A DNA stretch of 64,000 bases from Massalongia carnosa (GCA_965645245.1 OZ287074.1:682001-746000), one strand, 5' to 3'; counted from the stretch's first letter, positions 25,075-39,900 are shown. Program-made: numbers and translations. Notes: generated by a model from the sequence alone, not told the origin.

Positions 25075-28000
25075 TCAAGGAACAAAAAGCCTCGAATACC
25101 CCACTACATCCACCCGGCAACAAACGCACGTTCCGAAATTGTTCATCGCGAGACTAATCCTGCAATCCTCGCACAGACTCAGGCAGCGACATGGCCACGC
25201 CAGTACTGTTCTCGGGCTCGTCTGGCAGACCACGCACTGCGGCCCTCCCGCGCCTAGCCCTTCGCCACCATTCTGCCACGTGCCACTAGTCGACGACGCA
25301 GCATTGTGGTTACCGTTGTTGGCGTGACGGTGGGAGCTACGGCGGGAAACGAGAAGGTGTTCGAGGAGCTGGGTTTCTTCGTCAGCCGTGAGGATACCAT
25401 CCCTGCGAACAGGATGAAAAGCGGAAGGGCGGTAAAGGGTGGAAGTGAGGACACGTGCACGCTCGAATTCTTGAGCGTGCCGGAAGGAGGAACGGGTCAC
25501 GATATGGTCGCTAGCAAGGTGGTGGGCGAGCATTCGGGCTTCTTGGCGCTCAGCAGGGTTTTTTGGGTCAAGCAGCTGTGCGAGATGGACCGGATCAAGA
25601 GCGTGGTCCGTGATGGGAATAGAGTCACGGGTAAACCCATATGGGTCTTCTTGCGTAGGGGTTCGGTTACCGGATCCATTACCATCGTCATCGGTTTCCC
25701 ATTCCCTTTCATTTTCATAAGTGGCAGATGATATCACGCTGGTGGTGTCATCGTCTTGTTCGCTGGCTTGGTAAGTGCCGCTCTCGTCTCGCTCTCCCCA
25801 CCAGCCGCCGTGAAACCACCATTCATAAAGTCTAGAGTCTAGGGTTCGCTGTTCCTCTTCACCCCAGGAGTCGGTTGCATATTGGAGCCTCTTCTTCGTT
25901 TCTGCTTCAACATCAACGTTGTCATTTTCTGGCAATGAGAGCACACCGTCTTCTGACAACAGCCAAAACTCGAGTGTTCTAGGCTGAGTAGCTTTCTCTG
26001 AATTCTCTTGAACGTTTTGTGGTTTTGCCTGATGTATTGGGTTCAAAAGCCACCTCGGTCTTCGCGCGATCCCCATCCAGTCAAGAGCCTTGATGAGCCC
26101 CAAAGCGAGGACTCCTGTCAAGAGCCGGAAAATCCCAGCAAAAAATTCCCATGCCATGATGTAGCGTCCGCCTCTTTCCAGTGCACCTACGCCATCCGCC
26201 GCGGCCCTTGAACTCCTCTCGTTTGGGCCCGACTTCAATATCTTGGTTGTCTTCTCCCGCGCGTATCCACTTGTGGAAGTCTTCGATTCATTCAAAGCCT
26301 GAGCTCGTGTGCTTTCCGCCAAGCCAACACCAGGCACAACCCCTGCAGTAAAATCATGGGGCGCTCTCTTCGATGGTAAAAGAGAGGCTTCAAGTTCTTG
26401 CATCCTCTCCTCCTCTAGCCACGTCCATCTACTGACATTGATCTGTCGTCCTTCATTGAGGTACACCGCTTCACTTGCCACTGTCAAGACTGTGAATCCC
26501 GCTTTGAGAAGGGCAGAGTAAAAGTCCTCATGCATCCGCAAGCGAAGGCTAGAAAATTGCGCGGTAGCTAGCAAGTTCCGATGGGCTATCGAAAATCTCT
26601 CCAGCACTGAAGTAGGAACCGGCTCTCCGTTAGGAGGTGAAAGAACGGAAATAATCATTGCGAGAAGATAGATGCAGGCACAGACACAGATGCCAACGAG
26701 AACAAGGAGATGGGGTATGAAACCAACAATGCATACCGTGGGAAATCTCAAAATAATCGCATCCATAGCCGTGGTAGGACTAAAGGTAAGAAATCCCCAT
26801 ACAAAAGAACCCATGAAGCACATGCCCCAGATGCCGGTATTGATCAATCGAAAACTAGCTTGCATGTTTAACATCCCAAGAATCTGGCTTGTGAGATGGT
26901 TCAGCGAGGATATCAGTCCCATCAATAGAACTTCAGGCGGTGTGTTCTGGCTGTCAAAAAATACGTTCTTAGAAACCAGTCCAATCACTTCCGAAGCTGC
27001 CATGCCGTCGCTGCTAGAGTTTGGGCCACCAACTTTGGGCAAACCGAACGGAGAAAGACCAAGTTGGTTGCTTATCATAGCCTCAGCTTCCGCAAAGGCG
27101 AGTGAATGCTCAAAGATGGACATGCCAGTCTCGGTCATAATAAACCGTCCTTGAATTGCGCATGAGAGATTTTCGATAAACTGGCTGAAGCAGAGGGACT
27201 GAAATAACGGCCAAAGCAGAGACAACGAGCCTTTCACAAGAGCTGGGTCACGTGTGGATGGATCCTGAACCATACCGACTAATAGACATGAATCCATATC
27301 CCCTTGCCAAAAGAGGAGCGTTGAACTGAGATAGTAGAGCAACCCTCCGTCGCCGGCAAAATCTAGATCACTCTGTTTGTGCAGCTCCCCATACTTAAGC
27401 GACGAAAATCGTGGAGAAGTTTGACAACGCATGGCTTCTAAGAGGTTCTTAATGTGAAATAAGAACAGGATGACTGGGCCGATTCGTAGAGCGAATCGCA
27501 AAGAAAACCCTAAGACAAGTGGCCGCCGAGGCGTCGCATAGACGGAAGTCCTATTGAGAATGACGGCCTATATGTAATCAGCAATCTATCCAAGCAGTCT
27601 TTTGACACTCATTCGGCTCCCGAAAAGTAGGGCAAAGGAGTCGAAAATGACCTGCGTGCTTTCATAGCAGCAGATATTGCTGATGACGTGAAATCTCGAC
27701 AATCTAAGATGCCTTCTAGAATTTTATCAGGTACGGTTGACGGGGCTTTGAAAAGGCGGCTAGTCATTGAGAAAAAGCGGCGCTTACCAATGTAAAGCAG
27801 GTCAATGCCCATTTACTAGTCATGTAGGTAAAGATTCCCCCAAAATTTCTCAGATGCTGAAAGCTGAACGCAGTATTCACCACCCCCCCTTGTACCCTTC
27901 CTGTCACCGTCAATCTAGCAGCGGTGGAGGCAGCGGTGGCGGCAGCGGCGCTTTGGATTGACAACCTTCCTGAAAGTGCCGCTGTGACCGTAGTATTCCT

Positions 28001-28285
28001 CATCTCCCCAGTAGCTTCTGCAATTACACTTCCGCCCTTTCCGAGGCCTAGTAGACTGTCGATGCGATCCGGCGTGGAGACGAGTACGAAGGATGCGATC
28101 CGCGTTATCATTCGGGGTACGGCCATGAAAAGATCTCTCCGTGACGGATTAAAAATGGAGGTTGCATTGGAGGCCGATGTCATAAACTGGTCCAGCTTCG
28201 AGATAAAAGGGGTCGAGGAGGATAGTAGAGTAGCCGGGGATACTGCCAGGGCCACGCCATTTGCAATAGCATTGGTCGATGTCAT
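25075..28285 (-). CDS. ASI3: Asi1/Asi3-type multi-pass membrane RING E3 ubiquitin ligase; 1 intron
   Basis: GIFTYMTSKWAL, ETGMSIFEHSLAFAEAE, RFPTVCIVGFIPHLL and a C-terminal RING CVVCQTSPRTVLAWPCRCLSLCEDCR...CVCCR. Intron at ~27787-27569. Confidence 0.85.
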
Positions 28286-30539
28286 GGTGCTTGGGGATAT
28301 TCTTTTAGGTAGCGACTGTTGAGCAAAGGCATGCCGTATTCATCCCACCTTTTTCCTCTCAAATAATCAATCGAAAACCGGGGAAATGATTGTTGTATGG
28401 AGAGTACGATAGTTAACAGATGTGCGATATGCTATGCAACGATGTTGTTGCAATGTATATAAGCACTTGAGATGTGAGGTAATTACGATTACTAAGCATA
28501 TTTAGTTACTCCTGGTCGCCCCTTTTACCGAAAACTTTCAGTCTTTATATAATTACCTCAAACTGAGTATCGTGATTCATATCATGATAAGCTTAATTTA
28601 CATGTATCGCTCATGAATAAATAAAATAAAAAGTAATTGTCGTCGTCATATTGTCCTAGCCGATTCGGCAAGAGAAATGATTGATGGTGAAAGAAAAGAC
28701 GGCAACCAAGAGACCAAAATACGTGATATTGAGGACTAAAACTGAGATTCATAACAATATCTCAATAAGGAGGTTCTTGAGTTTAGTTTCAAATAAAATC
28801 GGTAGGGAGAAATCGACTGCTCATTCTCTTATCTCTAAATCTCAGACATTTCCTAGCTCTTTGGTACGAACGAGTACACGCATTTTTCATACTGAAGATT
28901 GCGGTGAAGTAAGTAATGGCAGCTTATATGAGTTTCAACACACGCTGCTTTAATTTTCACATGCTTCCTTTTCAGCAAATATTTTCAGATATCTGCTTCA
29001 GGTCCTTTTCATGCACCTAAAAAGATCAAATTGCTCATATAGAACGCAACCCCGACCGCGAGGACTTCCTTACATAAGATGGGCTTGGCCCAGAAACTTG
29101 ATACCCCAGAGTTAACGTGCAATGAACTGTACTCTTCTTGTCAACAACCAGACCACATTGAGGGGGCAGGATAGCAGCATCAATGTCTGCAGGCAGCCAA
29201 TGACGTGCAGCACTAAGTCACGGCACTCCAGTTACCTGGCTGTAGCACCCCTAGTTTGTAATCCCTGCAGCCAGTTAGGATAAGCGCCATCGCCATGACA
29301 CTCCCAGCAAGTGTGATGAAGCTTATGAGAATAAGGAACAACAGCACGTAGTCTGATGCTTTTCATCCTAATATCCCCAAGATTTAGGCATGTAAGAAAT
29401 ACGGGCTAGGACAAAAGCTAGTGCACTTGTCCTCCATCATGTAAGTAAAAATACCATTGCACACTAATTGCAGGAAACTCAGTCACTCAAGGTAGATTGG
29501 CGTGTAAGGTAAACTTGACAAAGATTTTAAAGGAACTTCTATCACCGATTGGCATGTAATACTGTAGTCTATAGCGTTCGAACATCAGGTGGAAATAGAG
29601 ATTTCTTTGGGCTACTTAGGTCGGCCTAAGAAGAGCGGTAGTCGAGACTGCTTTCTTGTAATTACCTAGAGATAACTCCCTAGAAGGCGCCACAGAGGTA
29701 AGCTTACAGCATTATACAGCGCATCTAGTGGCGAGGCTTGTAACTTGAACCCATTTCTCATAGCAGGAATCACATTTCGGAGCTGATAATAAGCACTGGC
29801 TTTGATTTTTGATGTTATAGTTCGGATGAGACGTTTGAATTTTCAGGCCAATAAAAGCGTTTAGCATCCATCCGCTATTAAACATAAAATTACAACAGCG
29901 ATAAAACTGTTCATTCATCGAGAATCTTGAGATATATCGAAGTCCAGTTCCAGCATCTACGGAAACAAAACCGTTTTGTGGTCAGCACTAGACTAAAGCC
30001 TATATGTATTTAGCGTCGAGATTATGAACCTATAAATTGGACTCCTACGCCACTCGCTAGGAATGGCTGTAAGGTACAAAGATTTTATTTATGAAGATGA
30101 AAGCCACATACGAACGCCGCTTAAGAAACCGACTACCCTCTAACAGGTTCTTGTCGTAACGGTTTATTACGAATGGCGAAAATGCCTCCAGATGCCTAGC
30201 GGGCTTGCGTAGAATACTGAAAACTGCTAGAGATGTCAAAAGGATTCCCTGAAATGGACGATATCATAGCAGGAAGAAACTATGTAGAGGGACAACAGCG
30301 TACGTCATCCTCGATAGACTTCCCTATTAAGGTGAAATAAATATCGAAGCACGATGCTGCCAAAGGTGATATTCGCCTCAATTGCGGGCCTCATAGAGCC
30401 TGCTCTAGCCGGTTCATGGATCTGTGCACGTTGCAATCTCATTGTCATCTTTTCACGCACCGAGGATATGCTAGCTTCGATAAGGCTAACCGCCATGCTT
30501 CCCCTTGAAATAATGGATGTTTCCATACAGACGGACCTA

Positions 30540-32342
30540 CTATACCTTAAAAACTCCCGCTTTGCTAATTATCCCATCGAAAACACAAGTGTTTTCAACG
30601 GGAACATACTGTTTTGTGATAACCTTGATGACTTCCTGCGCCACAATTCCTCCCGTCAGCGCCGAAATATTGTGCAACTCCGAGCCGTTGGCGCGGTCCA
30701 GCTCGACAATAATATCCTTGGTTTTTGCCATGCAGGGCTCAGGATTAAAGTCGATCATTGACCTTTGTAGATTCTTGATAAATATGCTGATAATGTCTAC
30801 CATGCTCCCTGTAAAGTCTACAGCTATCCCGTTCTCTCCAGTGGAGATTTTACCTTTCCACTCTAGGCCGCGTCCCTTGTTGTCGATAAAGTAGTCATAA
30901 CTTAAAAAAGCAACATGAATTGGTAGAAGCGACTCGTCATCCTGGAGTTCCTGGGATAAATATTTTGCTGTGCCATCCCAATCTGTGGGACTTGACGGTT
31001 TAAGGATTCGGATGGGCCGGCCTTTGATTAACTTTACGAAAGCGGCCCCTTTACAGAATGCCTCAATTTCTTGTTCGTCAACTGGATATCTTCTCTGCAA
31101 CTCGTTTTCGAGTAAGCGAACTTTCGAGATGACTTCCGCTAGGTCTTCACGAGCTTTCGCTTTGTAGATATTCTGAAGTTTAATGTAATCAACAGATTTT
31201 GCTTTCATGTCGGGCAGAGCTCCGGGAAGTGGCAGTTCTTGATGACTGGTATGAAAATCTCTTATTGCATGAGCAATAACCCAGAAATTTTCAGACTAAC
31301 TCTTTAGCGACGGGATATTATTTATGGAACAAAGTAAATTACTCACATCTGGTTTAAGACTTTTACAATCATCGGCTTCAAAAACCTCGCGCAGGCCAGT
31401 AGATATCGAAGGAGGATTGAGACTCTTCAGCACCGAAGCCGCTGCCTCGTCGTAGTTTTCTTCTCCACTTTCGGCATTTTCATTCCTCGCTCCCTGTTGT
31501 ACCATTGCCTTGAAATCCTTCTTCTCACTATAGCTTGATGGGGGTTTATCATCATGCAAATCTTTCCATAAATTCAGGTAATGGAGCAGCAAGAGCAAGT
31601 ACGGAACATGCCCATGTTCATGGTCGCCCAAAGTTTCAAGATTATGGGTCTTTTCATAAACAAAATCCAGCAACTTTGGCCAAGGGTTGAGAAGACGAAG
31701 ATCTTGTGTAGAGTCTGGGTCAGGGTGAGTGTCCACTATAGGGCATTGAAATGGTAGTTGGACGGAGAAATGGGAGTAGAACCCAATCGAGTGAATGTAG
31801 AAAAGTGGTATTGCGCATCTTGAGGCATAATCTGAGATCTCACTGAGGATGCTGAGTGATCTGGTAGGCCCGACTAACAAGATTAGGTTGTGCTGATTTA
31901 ATACATCTCGTCTGTTCACGTAGACTTCAGTAGACTACAAGAGCTAGTCAGCTTCAACATCCTGCCTTATATCGACCACGTCCACACTTACTTCCTGCAC
32001 TGCATTTATCCAAACCTCTGGATTCAGTTCTTTAAGATGCTTGGAGCTTTCCTCTGCCCTCGACCGGCCAAGGCTTTCTTCTGTCAAGAAGAAATTGACA
32101 CCTAAATCGCTTTCGCTCACAACAGCTTCATCGACAATGGTGAAATTGCCCACGCCAGGCAGGATTAAGTTCTTGAGGGTCTCCACCCCAACCACGCCTG
32201 TACCTGAGTTCAAGAGTAGCACACTGGCCTCCTCGAGCGCCTTCTGCCCATTGGCGGCCCAGAGACGAAGTTGCCTATCGTATTTCTTTTCCTTAGCTGT
32301 GGGGCCTTGAAGAGGTGGAGGGGTTGTTTGCCGCGTAGCCAT
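30540..32342 (-). CDS. ULA1: NEDD8-activating enzyme E1 regulatory subunit (NAE1/APP-BP1); 2 introns
   Basis: KYDRQLRLWAANGQKALE, ETLKNLILPGVG, DLRLLNPWP, HGHVPY, ENYDEA, LPLPGALPDMKA, ELHNISALTGGIVAQEVIKVITKQYVP. Confidence 0.95.
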
Positions 32343-32767
32343 CTCATCACCCCTCCGAAAATGAAAGGTCAGGAATAAACTCGTATTTAAGCTGCAAATA
32401 AATACCGGAGAATTTTATTGGTGGACGACAATGGCGCAAGGTATACGTACCGTTTGGTATTAGTGGGAGTTTGAGTATGCATAGTAGTTAACTAGTTCTG
32501 GCCTGGTGAAGCCCTTCCATTCCTAACTGGGTTAATTTACGTCCTCTCCCTATCATTTTCTTTACTAGTAATTATACGTTGGAAATGTGTGGCCGCAACC
32601 ATTCTTTCTAACTGTGCTGCTAGTGTAGTTATGCAGCGGTGTTAAGGAGGATATGGCCATTGACTGATCTCTTGCACAGATGTTCACAAGCTGTTAGCCA
32701 TCGTTTATGCAGAACTATACCGGTCCCACCCTTTTACTTCTCCTTTTCCTTCATAACATCTCCTGAA

Positions 32768-33731
32768 ATGACCGACATCGAGACCGCCAAACGCAACGCA
32801 GCCGTTCGCGCCGTAGCGGATCACTTCGATCCCTCCGCGAAATACGTTGGTATCGGCTCCGGCAGCACAATTGTCTACGTGGTCGAAGCTATACAAGCCC
32901 TTAAAGACGACCGCACCGCCCACATCCAGTTCGTCCCAACCGGTTACCAGTCCCGCCAAGTCATCATTAAGGCCGGGTTGAAGGATATTAAGTTCGACTC
33001 CCTCCCAAAGGAAACCCTTATTGATGTCGCCTTCGATGGCGCGGACGAGGTCGACGATGAGCTGAATTGCATTAAAGGAGGTGGGGCCTGTCTCTACCAA
33101 GAAAAATTAGTAGCAACCCATGCCCGAAAATTCATCTGCGTTGCGGGTAACTCACCCCGCTTCCCTTACCCACCGTCCCTCACGGAAAATCAATCTAAAC
33201 CGCTTTCTCTGGCGCTTAGATTACCGCAAATTGCAACCCCGCCTCTTAACCAACTGGCCTACAATTCCCATCGAAGTCGAACCCCTCGCCGCCCAAACCG
33301 TTCTAACTGCCCTTCACGCCCTCGGCTCCGCAACTCCCACCCTCCGTACCAACCCACTCCAAAAAGCTGGCCCTGTGAAAACTGACCAGGATAATTTCAT
33401 CGTTGACGCTCCCTTCCCAACGCTGCTCCTCCCGCACGACGTCGCCGCCTCGCAGTCCCTTCATCCCATGCACCAAGGTCTTGAGGGGAAAGGACAGCAG
33501 GGCGGGAAATGGGAGGTGGAGACGCTAGCGCGGGAGATCAAGCTTATCGAAGGAGTGCTGAGTGTAGGGTTATTTGTGGGGGAGAACGGAGCGCAGGTTG
33601 CTAAGAGGGAAGGGGGAAAGGGGGGGCAAAAGCCTGTAGCAGCGTATTTTGGGATGGAGGATGGAAGTGTCGTGGTAAAGAAAGCGACGGGCGCCGAGGG
33701 GGACGGGGAGGTGAAATTTGACCGGGCATGA
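32768..33731 (+). CDS. RKI1: Ribose-5-phosphate isomerase A; 1 intron
   Basis: GIGSGSTI, DVAFDGADEVD and IKGGGACLYQEK; intron ~33147-33219; then DYRKL...IPIEV and KAGPVKTDQ. Transcribed divergently from ULA1. Confidence 0.95.
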
Positions 33732-34033
33732 GCTAGAGTTAAGTATTTTATTGAAACGAATAGGTACTCTAGGATACGGGGATCGAGATGCACAGATATA
33801 GTGACGTGAACATATAGAGAAAAATATGGTAGGAGATCTATACTATCAAACACAAACTGGGAGCGATAACTCACGTGTACGTAACTTTCGAAATTAAGGA
33901 AAACCTACGACGATAGACGCAGTAAAAGCAATTTTTGAACCATCTCTTTCTTCTCCATTTCAACCCGGTCATAGATCCACAGCAACGAGATTCATTAGTC
34001 CCACCTCCCACAACTCAACACCCACCCAATGAC

Positions 34034-37000
34034 CTACTCCCTCTCCTCCCCTTCCGCCAAACTCAATCTCAACGCAATCTCTAGATCATCGCTCTCGGGA
34101 TCCAGCGCCGAAAAAAACGCTCCACGCCAAGGCGGCGACGCTGAAGGGGATTTCCGGGTTCGTTTGGCGTATCTAATCGGGAAGGAAGTCGTCACGCCAA
34201 AACCCCTGGCAGCGGGAGAATCAGTTTGATGACCCTCTTGCAAACTGAGGCGAATTGCTTCCGCGATATCTGCATCATTGTCATCGGCATCGGCAATAAC
34301 GAGCGGAACGGCTTCTTCAGCCATGGTTTCGCCGCCGTGCGAGTCGTGACTAACACCACTGCTCGCGCTCCTCCTTTTCTGCGCGTCATTCTCAGCCGCT
34401 TCCTCGCTCAGTAGGGTTGCATATGCTAGAATCTCATCTTCACTGGCTCCAGGTCCTAAGAGATCTAGTCCGAATCTGCCTGCTAACCGCTGTTTTTCTT
34501 TGCGCTTGGTCTTCTTTTCCTGTTCGAGCTCTAATTTCTCATTAGCTATGTAGTCCTTCAAAGCTCCCCGGCCCGTGCCCGAGAAGTGATCAGCGCCCTG
34601 ATTGCTGCCACGTTCGGAGCGGCGAGGTCGGCGCTTGTTACCCTTGTACTGTTCTGCTGCCGAAGAACTATAGCTCCAATAGCGGAGATGTGAGCCTAAA
34701 GAAACCATGCCGCGGAGGACCGTGGGATCAGGATCAAGGCAAACAGCGCCGGCGGCGAAAAGGTTGATTCCCACCCCACCTTGGGAGTCTTCGGCTTGGA
34801 CAAGCCTACGGCGCGCGCGAGACGAGAAGCGTGAATTGAGTGTACGTATGGGATCCGAAGTAGACGCTAGTGGGTCCCACGCTTGCACCAGCCCATCGTT
34901 TCCACCATGGACAATGTAGAGCGCGGAAAGCGCCAAACAAGATATTTGCGGGGAATCAGTATGGATAATACGGACTGGGATAATTGTGCCGTCCAAGCTG
35001 TTATTAATCAGAATGGGTGCGCGTATGTTCCAAATTATAATACTGCCAGTTTTTGTGCCTATCGCCAGAAATCGTCCACGCTGGCCGGGGATACCTGAAG
35101 GCGATTTTGGGAACGGTGTGTGCTGTAGTGGGGATGAAATTGGAGACGAGGTAGCCGATGAACCTATCATAGAGAGAAGCGGATCTTCAAGTATGGTCAG
35201 CACTGCGAAAGCCGACATATCCAAGGCTGTCGTCGTAATTTGGGCTGATTTAGATCCAGCTAGCTGCAACGTCGAGATGCGCCAATCTTCAAATATGCTT
35301 GTCCTAGCAGTTTCTGAATCAACTATAGAGCTGCGTCTAGGTGATTCAATATCTCCAAATGACCAAGTCTGATGCTCAGCGTCCAAGGCCACGTGATAAA
35401 ATAGTGATGAGCCTGGCTGAAAGTCTTCTCGCGTCTTGGAGGAAAGAGGGAAGTCTGGGGAGGTTGATGCGTGGCCCAACGAGTCAAGAAGCTTGTACCT
35501 TGTGTACCTTTTAACAGCTGCAGTCTGCCCTTCATTCAGCCCGCAATCTATGACAATAACCCCTTCGCCAGCCCCATTTTCATCACTGGAAGAAAAGTCG
35601 ACCTCTAAACGACGTTGCATATCCCACCCATCGCAGATTTGACGAAAGTACACAGGCTTCTTAGTAATGTAATCTTCAATCTCCTTGGTTTCGGCAGCAA
35701 TTTGTGCCTTACTAAGACCCATTCCGTCCCAAGAAGCTCTCGGCGAATAGGTGACATCGATATCAAGTTCATGAAAAGGGTCGGGCTTCGCCATGCGTTT
35801 TGTGATGTTTAAGTGAGTCCAATAGACCGAACGTCCGGTCTCCCAAGCAAGCTGTTCTAGGCGTCGTTCATCCAGCCATGCTGCGCGATTGATATTAGGG
35901 CGATCCGGGAGATTGTCAAGATAGTAGATTTCCCCCAGTGCATTTAAAACGACAGCCCATATACGACGAGCTTCATACCGGCTCGAGGAGAAGTTGTCAT
36001 CAGCTGCAATGGCTATAATGGGTACTCCAGGGCTTAAAACCCAGCGAGCAGTGACCTCGCCACGCTCGAGGCGCCGCTCCTGCATACTATCAGTACCCAA
36101 TGAATATGACGATACTATACCATGAGAGGAACCTATAAGTAAGCCAACCAATCCTTCAGAAATATCTGGAATATTGGATGTTTTGGCAATCCAAACTGAA
36201 CACACCGTCTCTAACTCGACTACCTTAGGTATACCAAGCTCTGGGTTAGATGAATCATGCAAGGATCTCAAGGTGCGGCCTCGCTTCTCTCCTACAGATC
36301 TGAAATAGACATCTCCTCCAGGAAAGCCTTCAGCATAAACCAGACCGTGCGGTTGACTGACATCCATTGGATTAGGTACGCCAACGATAGTCCCCGCCTC
36401 AAGACCATACAAAGCATCCCCAGGGAAGCGGTCAATAAAATGAGAGAAGGACTGAGGATCAGCAAAACCCCACTGATCAACCCTACTATTCCTTGGTTCA
36501 CTCAAGCAAGCCGACCCACTATCGTCCGCCCCATGAATGAAGCGAGGGGTTCGTTTGTCGGTTCCAGCCCTAAACGTAGCATGCAAATGATTGACAGTGG
36601 TGATTAGTTTTGAGCTGTAGGTAACCTGAGCATTGACATTATGGCCCAAGCTAGACCTAGAAGATCCGTGGCCGCTTGGCAACTCAAGTTCAGCAGGTTT
36701 ACCCCTGGCTAAAGATCGAAGCAACCGAGTACGAAGAATATATTCGCTGCGCCACGAAGCCAAAGCCGTTAGCCGGGTGAAAACACGTGTCTCTGAAAGT
36801 ATTGTATCGTAGCCATCATCTGCTACATTAGGTTTCCTGTCTTTTGTTGTGAGTGCTCCAGCCCCTAAAAAGAATCGTGAGAAGGCCATCCGCCAAGCAT
36901 GTGGCGTAGTGACCAAGGCATGAAACCGATGGGAGACGAGGGAGACGTCCGATAGTGACTGTGGTGGTAAATGAGAGAATACATGAGTCAAAACTTCTGT

Positions 37001-37454
37001 GGTAGTTGGTTGATTAGTAGATATCAAAGCACATGATGAAGCTTTGATACATACCATTGGGAAAATCAAAGATACTTGATTGATCCGAGTGTTGAGTTCT
37101 GTTCCTCTGAACCACCGTGAAACCGAGCCCACCACGTCTCTTCTTAGATGAGTATCTTGTTGCCTTTTCATATTCTATAATTCTCTCTCCTTGGGATCTT
37201 GTAGGAGAAGGGGAAGTAGAACTCAGCCGTTGCGATGATCGTTCCGCCAGATCAGCGACAATCCCAGTGGTTGGGATCGTTGTTTCGGTCCCAAGGCCGA
37301 CATGAGTTGAGTCGCCGAGATCTGCTCCTTGAGGAAACAAGCCTGCGGTGAGCTCATCTTGGTTGTTGACTCCATGTTGACTGTGCTGAACGATTTTTTG
37401 GGGTTGTTCGGGGTTTAAAATTTTCTGGGTTACTTTAAGGGGCTCTGATTGCAT
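34034..37454 (-). CDS. F-box/WD-like protein with C-terminal UIMs (Pof10-like); 1 intron
   Basis: Spliced F-box FPNEVLTHVFSHLPPQSLSDVSLVSHRF; WD-like HGGNDGLVQAWDPL; UIM-like EDEILAYATLLSEE, DADIAEAIRLSLQE and DDLEIALRLSLAE. Confidence 0.85.
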
Positions 37455-37717
37455 AAAATTACTTAACAGTGAATGAATGTTATTTAAGACTGAGCCAGTT
37501 TGGTTCAGTCCAAGATTGTGGTTGGAAGTAGATCGAGTTGAGGTGTCTTTAATTGAAGAGAGAAGACATTGATCACGAAACATAAGCTGAAGTTTGAAAT
37601 GTACGGTAGCCTATTACGCGCTCAGCGCAAATCACGCTCCTGAATTACCCCTGAAAAGATGATCAGAGCTAGATTATTCTATTGCCTTTCTATCCGGCGG
37701 GCCAAATCGTTATCAAG

Positions 37718-39900
37718 TCACGTAGTCTTCAAATCCCAAATGTCAGCCCATGCATTTTCAGAACCTTCCAGAGGCCCTTGCAACCGCCCAAACCGCACCG
37801 CATTCCCTTTGCTAGCTTCGGGAAGACGTAGCCAATCCCGGACAAGGCCTGGGACTTCTTCCTCAACGTGACTGACACATATCAAAGCTTGATCTTCCGC
37901 CATTCCATGTATCAGGGCATAACGTGCGTTTCCAGAAGGTGTAGTGATTATTTCCCTTTTCATTTTTACCCCATGGCGGGAAGTATATCTAAAGGAGCGT
38001 GTTTCTCCCCACGTCAAGAACAACATGCATTTATCTCGTACATTTCCATCCATCCCACTAAATGCCTCATCCAGGATCAATAGATCAGGCTTCTTTACCA
38101 TGGCTCTAACAAGGAGTGCAACCCGCTGCGATGAAAACGTTACGTCTCCAAAACGAAACTCATCTGCCCAGCTAGTGCTAGGAGGGCCGTTTTGTGGATC
38201 CTGAAGAAACTGGAGGTTCGAGCCTCTACAACCAGGGTTCAATTCCGGCTCAAACCATCGTAGACAAGAATCTACATGACGATCATTTTCAGAGCTAGCG
38301 TGAGGTGTGCCAAGGAAGGTATCAGCCCAAGCGTTTCTTATTGTTTGGCGTATCGTAAGGTTACGAGGGAAAAATCGATGGATCTCTGGAGAAGACTGCC
38401 CAATTCGAGCCTGAATATCGAAGACAGAAACTCCAGGTATACCGGGTGTTGGTAATCGGCTGTGGCCGAAGATTTTGATCCGTAAAGAGTATGACTGAGG
38501 ATGATCAGAGCAGATCAAAGACAATAAAGTAGTCTTTCCTGAGCCTGACTCAAATTATCAACATTAGGGACTGTATATATGTGGAGACCAAAGTTATTAC
38601 CATTTGGGCCAAAAATACCCCATCGTTCGCCACGTCTTACAGTCCACCACAGTCCACTTCTGATCTCGCCATTTGCATCTTCTTTCCAACCTCCTAGGAC
38701 TTGCTTCCCTCCATATTTAATATTGATAGCCTCCATTTGTACCAACGGGTCCCTCGTGACTTTAGAGGCCGGGGCCAGTTCATCAATCAATGGAAGACCT
38801 TCACGGCTAAAACCTATGTAGTTTGAGTGTGAGCGTCTGATTGGCGTTTGCAGATCCCGTTCAGGTTTGGAAGACGGTATGGAATCTTTGGCTGCCATTC
38901 TCAATGAGAGCGGATCACTATTTGGAGCGAATGAACCTAATGCTTTGACTTCGTCCAAGACCGCTTCCTTGTAGCCTTTGCTAACAATCTGTAGACCAGG
39001 CCCAAGGAAGATAATATGAGTAATCCAATCCGGTAATAGATCTTGTGGCCTCAACGCAAGTACAAGACGAGGTGATTGGGTTTGGGCAAGTCGATGCAGC
39101 AAGGGGGAGAGCGTTGTCAGAGTTGGTGGATCGAGGCCCACTGGGCATATGCATTAGCTTAAGGTCAAATCGAGCATTAGAATGCAAAGCCTACTAAAAG
39201 GCTCGTCTAACAACAGAACCTCTGGTTTGCTCAACAAGGCCTTTGCAATCCTAGCCCTTCTTATTTGTCCGTTGCTTAGATTTCCCAATGGCATGTTGAC
39301 CAAGGCGCCCAACCTCAGATCATCGACGACTCTACGTAGGCTACCTTCATCAATCCCTCTCCCTACAATGCTCTCTGATGGGTTGAGTTCAATATTTCCT
39401 TTCAAATAATCCGACACAGAATAGTCGCTCTCTTCTCTGCGACTTTCATACCTCGCACTCAGATATGCGCCATGCGATCCAGACCGACGTGGCCCACCAG
39501 TTTCATCAGTAAAACCAACGTATTGAATTGCACGGGTAGGATTTCTTGAGGGCACATCGCTCATTTGTGTCTTGATGCTTGATAGATATGGAAATGATCG
39601 AGCGGTCGGAGGAATGCAGAGGTGCTGCCCGCGCAGAATCTCGAGGAAAGTGGTTTTGCCGGAAGACGAGGGCCCTAGTACTGCCCAGTGCTCTGGTTCC
39701 ACAGATCCTGACTGAATGGAGAAGTATAAGTTAGGGAAGATCGGAGGGTTGAAGTAGTTTTCAAAGTCCTTCGATAAAGGATAATGCCGATAGAAAGTTC
39801 CATTCTGCACATGTATTATTGGAGCCTTTGTGGCGGATTGAGTTAGAGCTCTGCGTAAGCTCGGCCGCGACTGCACAGCAAAAACCGCCCGGCTCCGCAT
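37718..39900 (-). CDS. Soluble tandem-NBD ABC ATPase (YDR061W/ModF-like), probably mitochondrial; 2 introns
   Basis: Arg/Ala/Ser-rich presequence. NBD1: GPSSSGKTT, LSNGQ, LLLDEPF. NBD2: spliced GPNGSGKTT, FSSQRVAL, LILDEAF, CVSH. No TM domains seen. Confidence 0.88.

Noticed and set aside
5591..37454. Functional cluster of ubiquitin/NEDD8 genes (HEI10, F-box-like pair, ASI3, ULA1, Pof10-like)
   Set aside because: The genes act in different complexes, are interspersed with unrelated genes and belong to large classes; no shared regulatory motif was seen.
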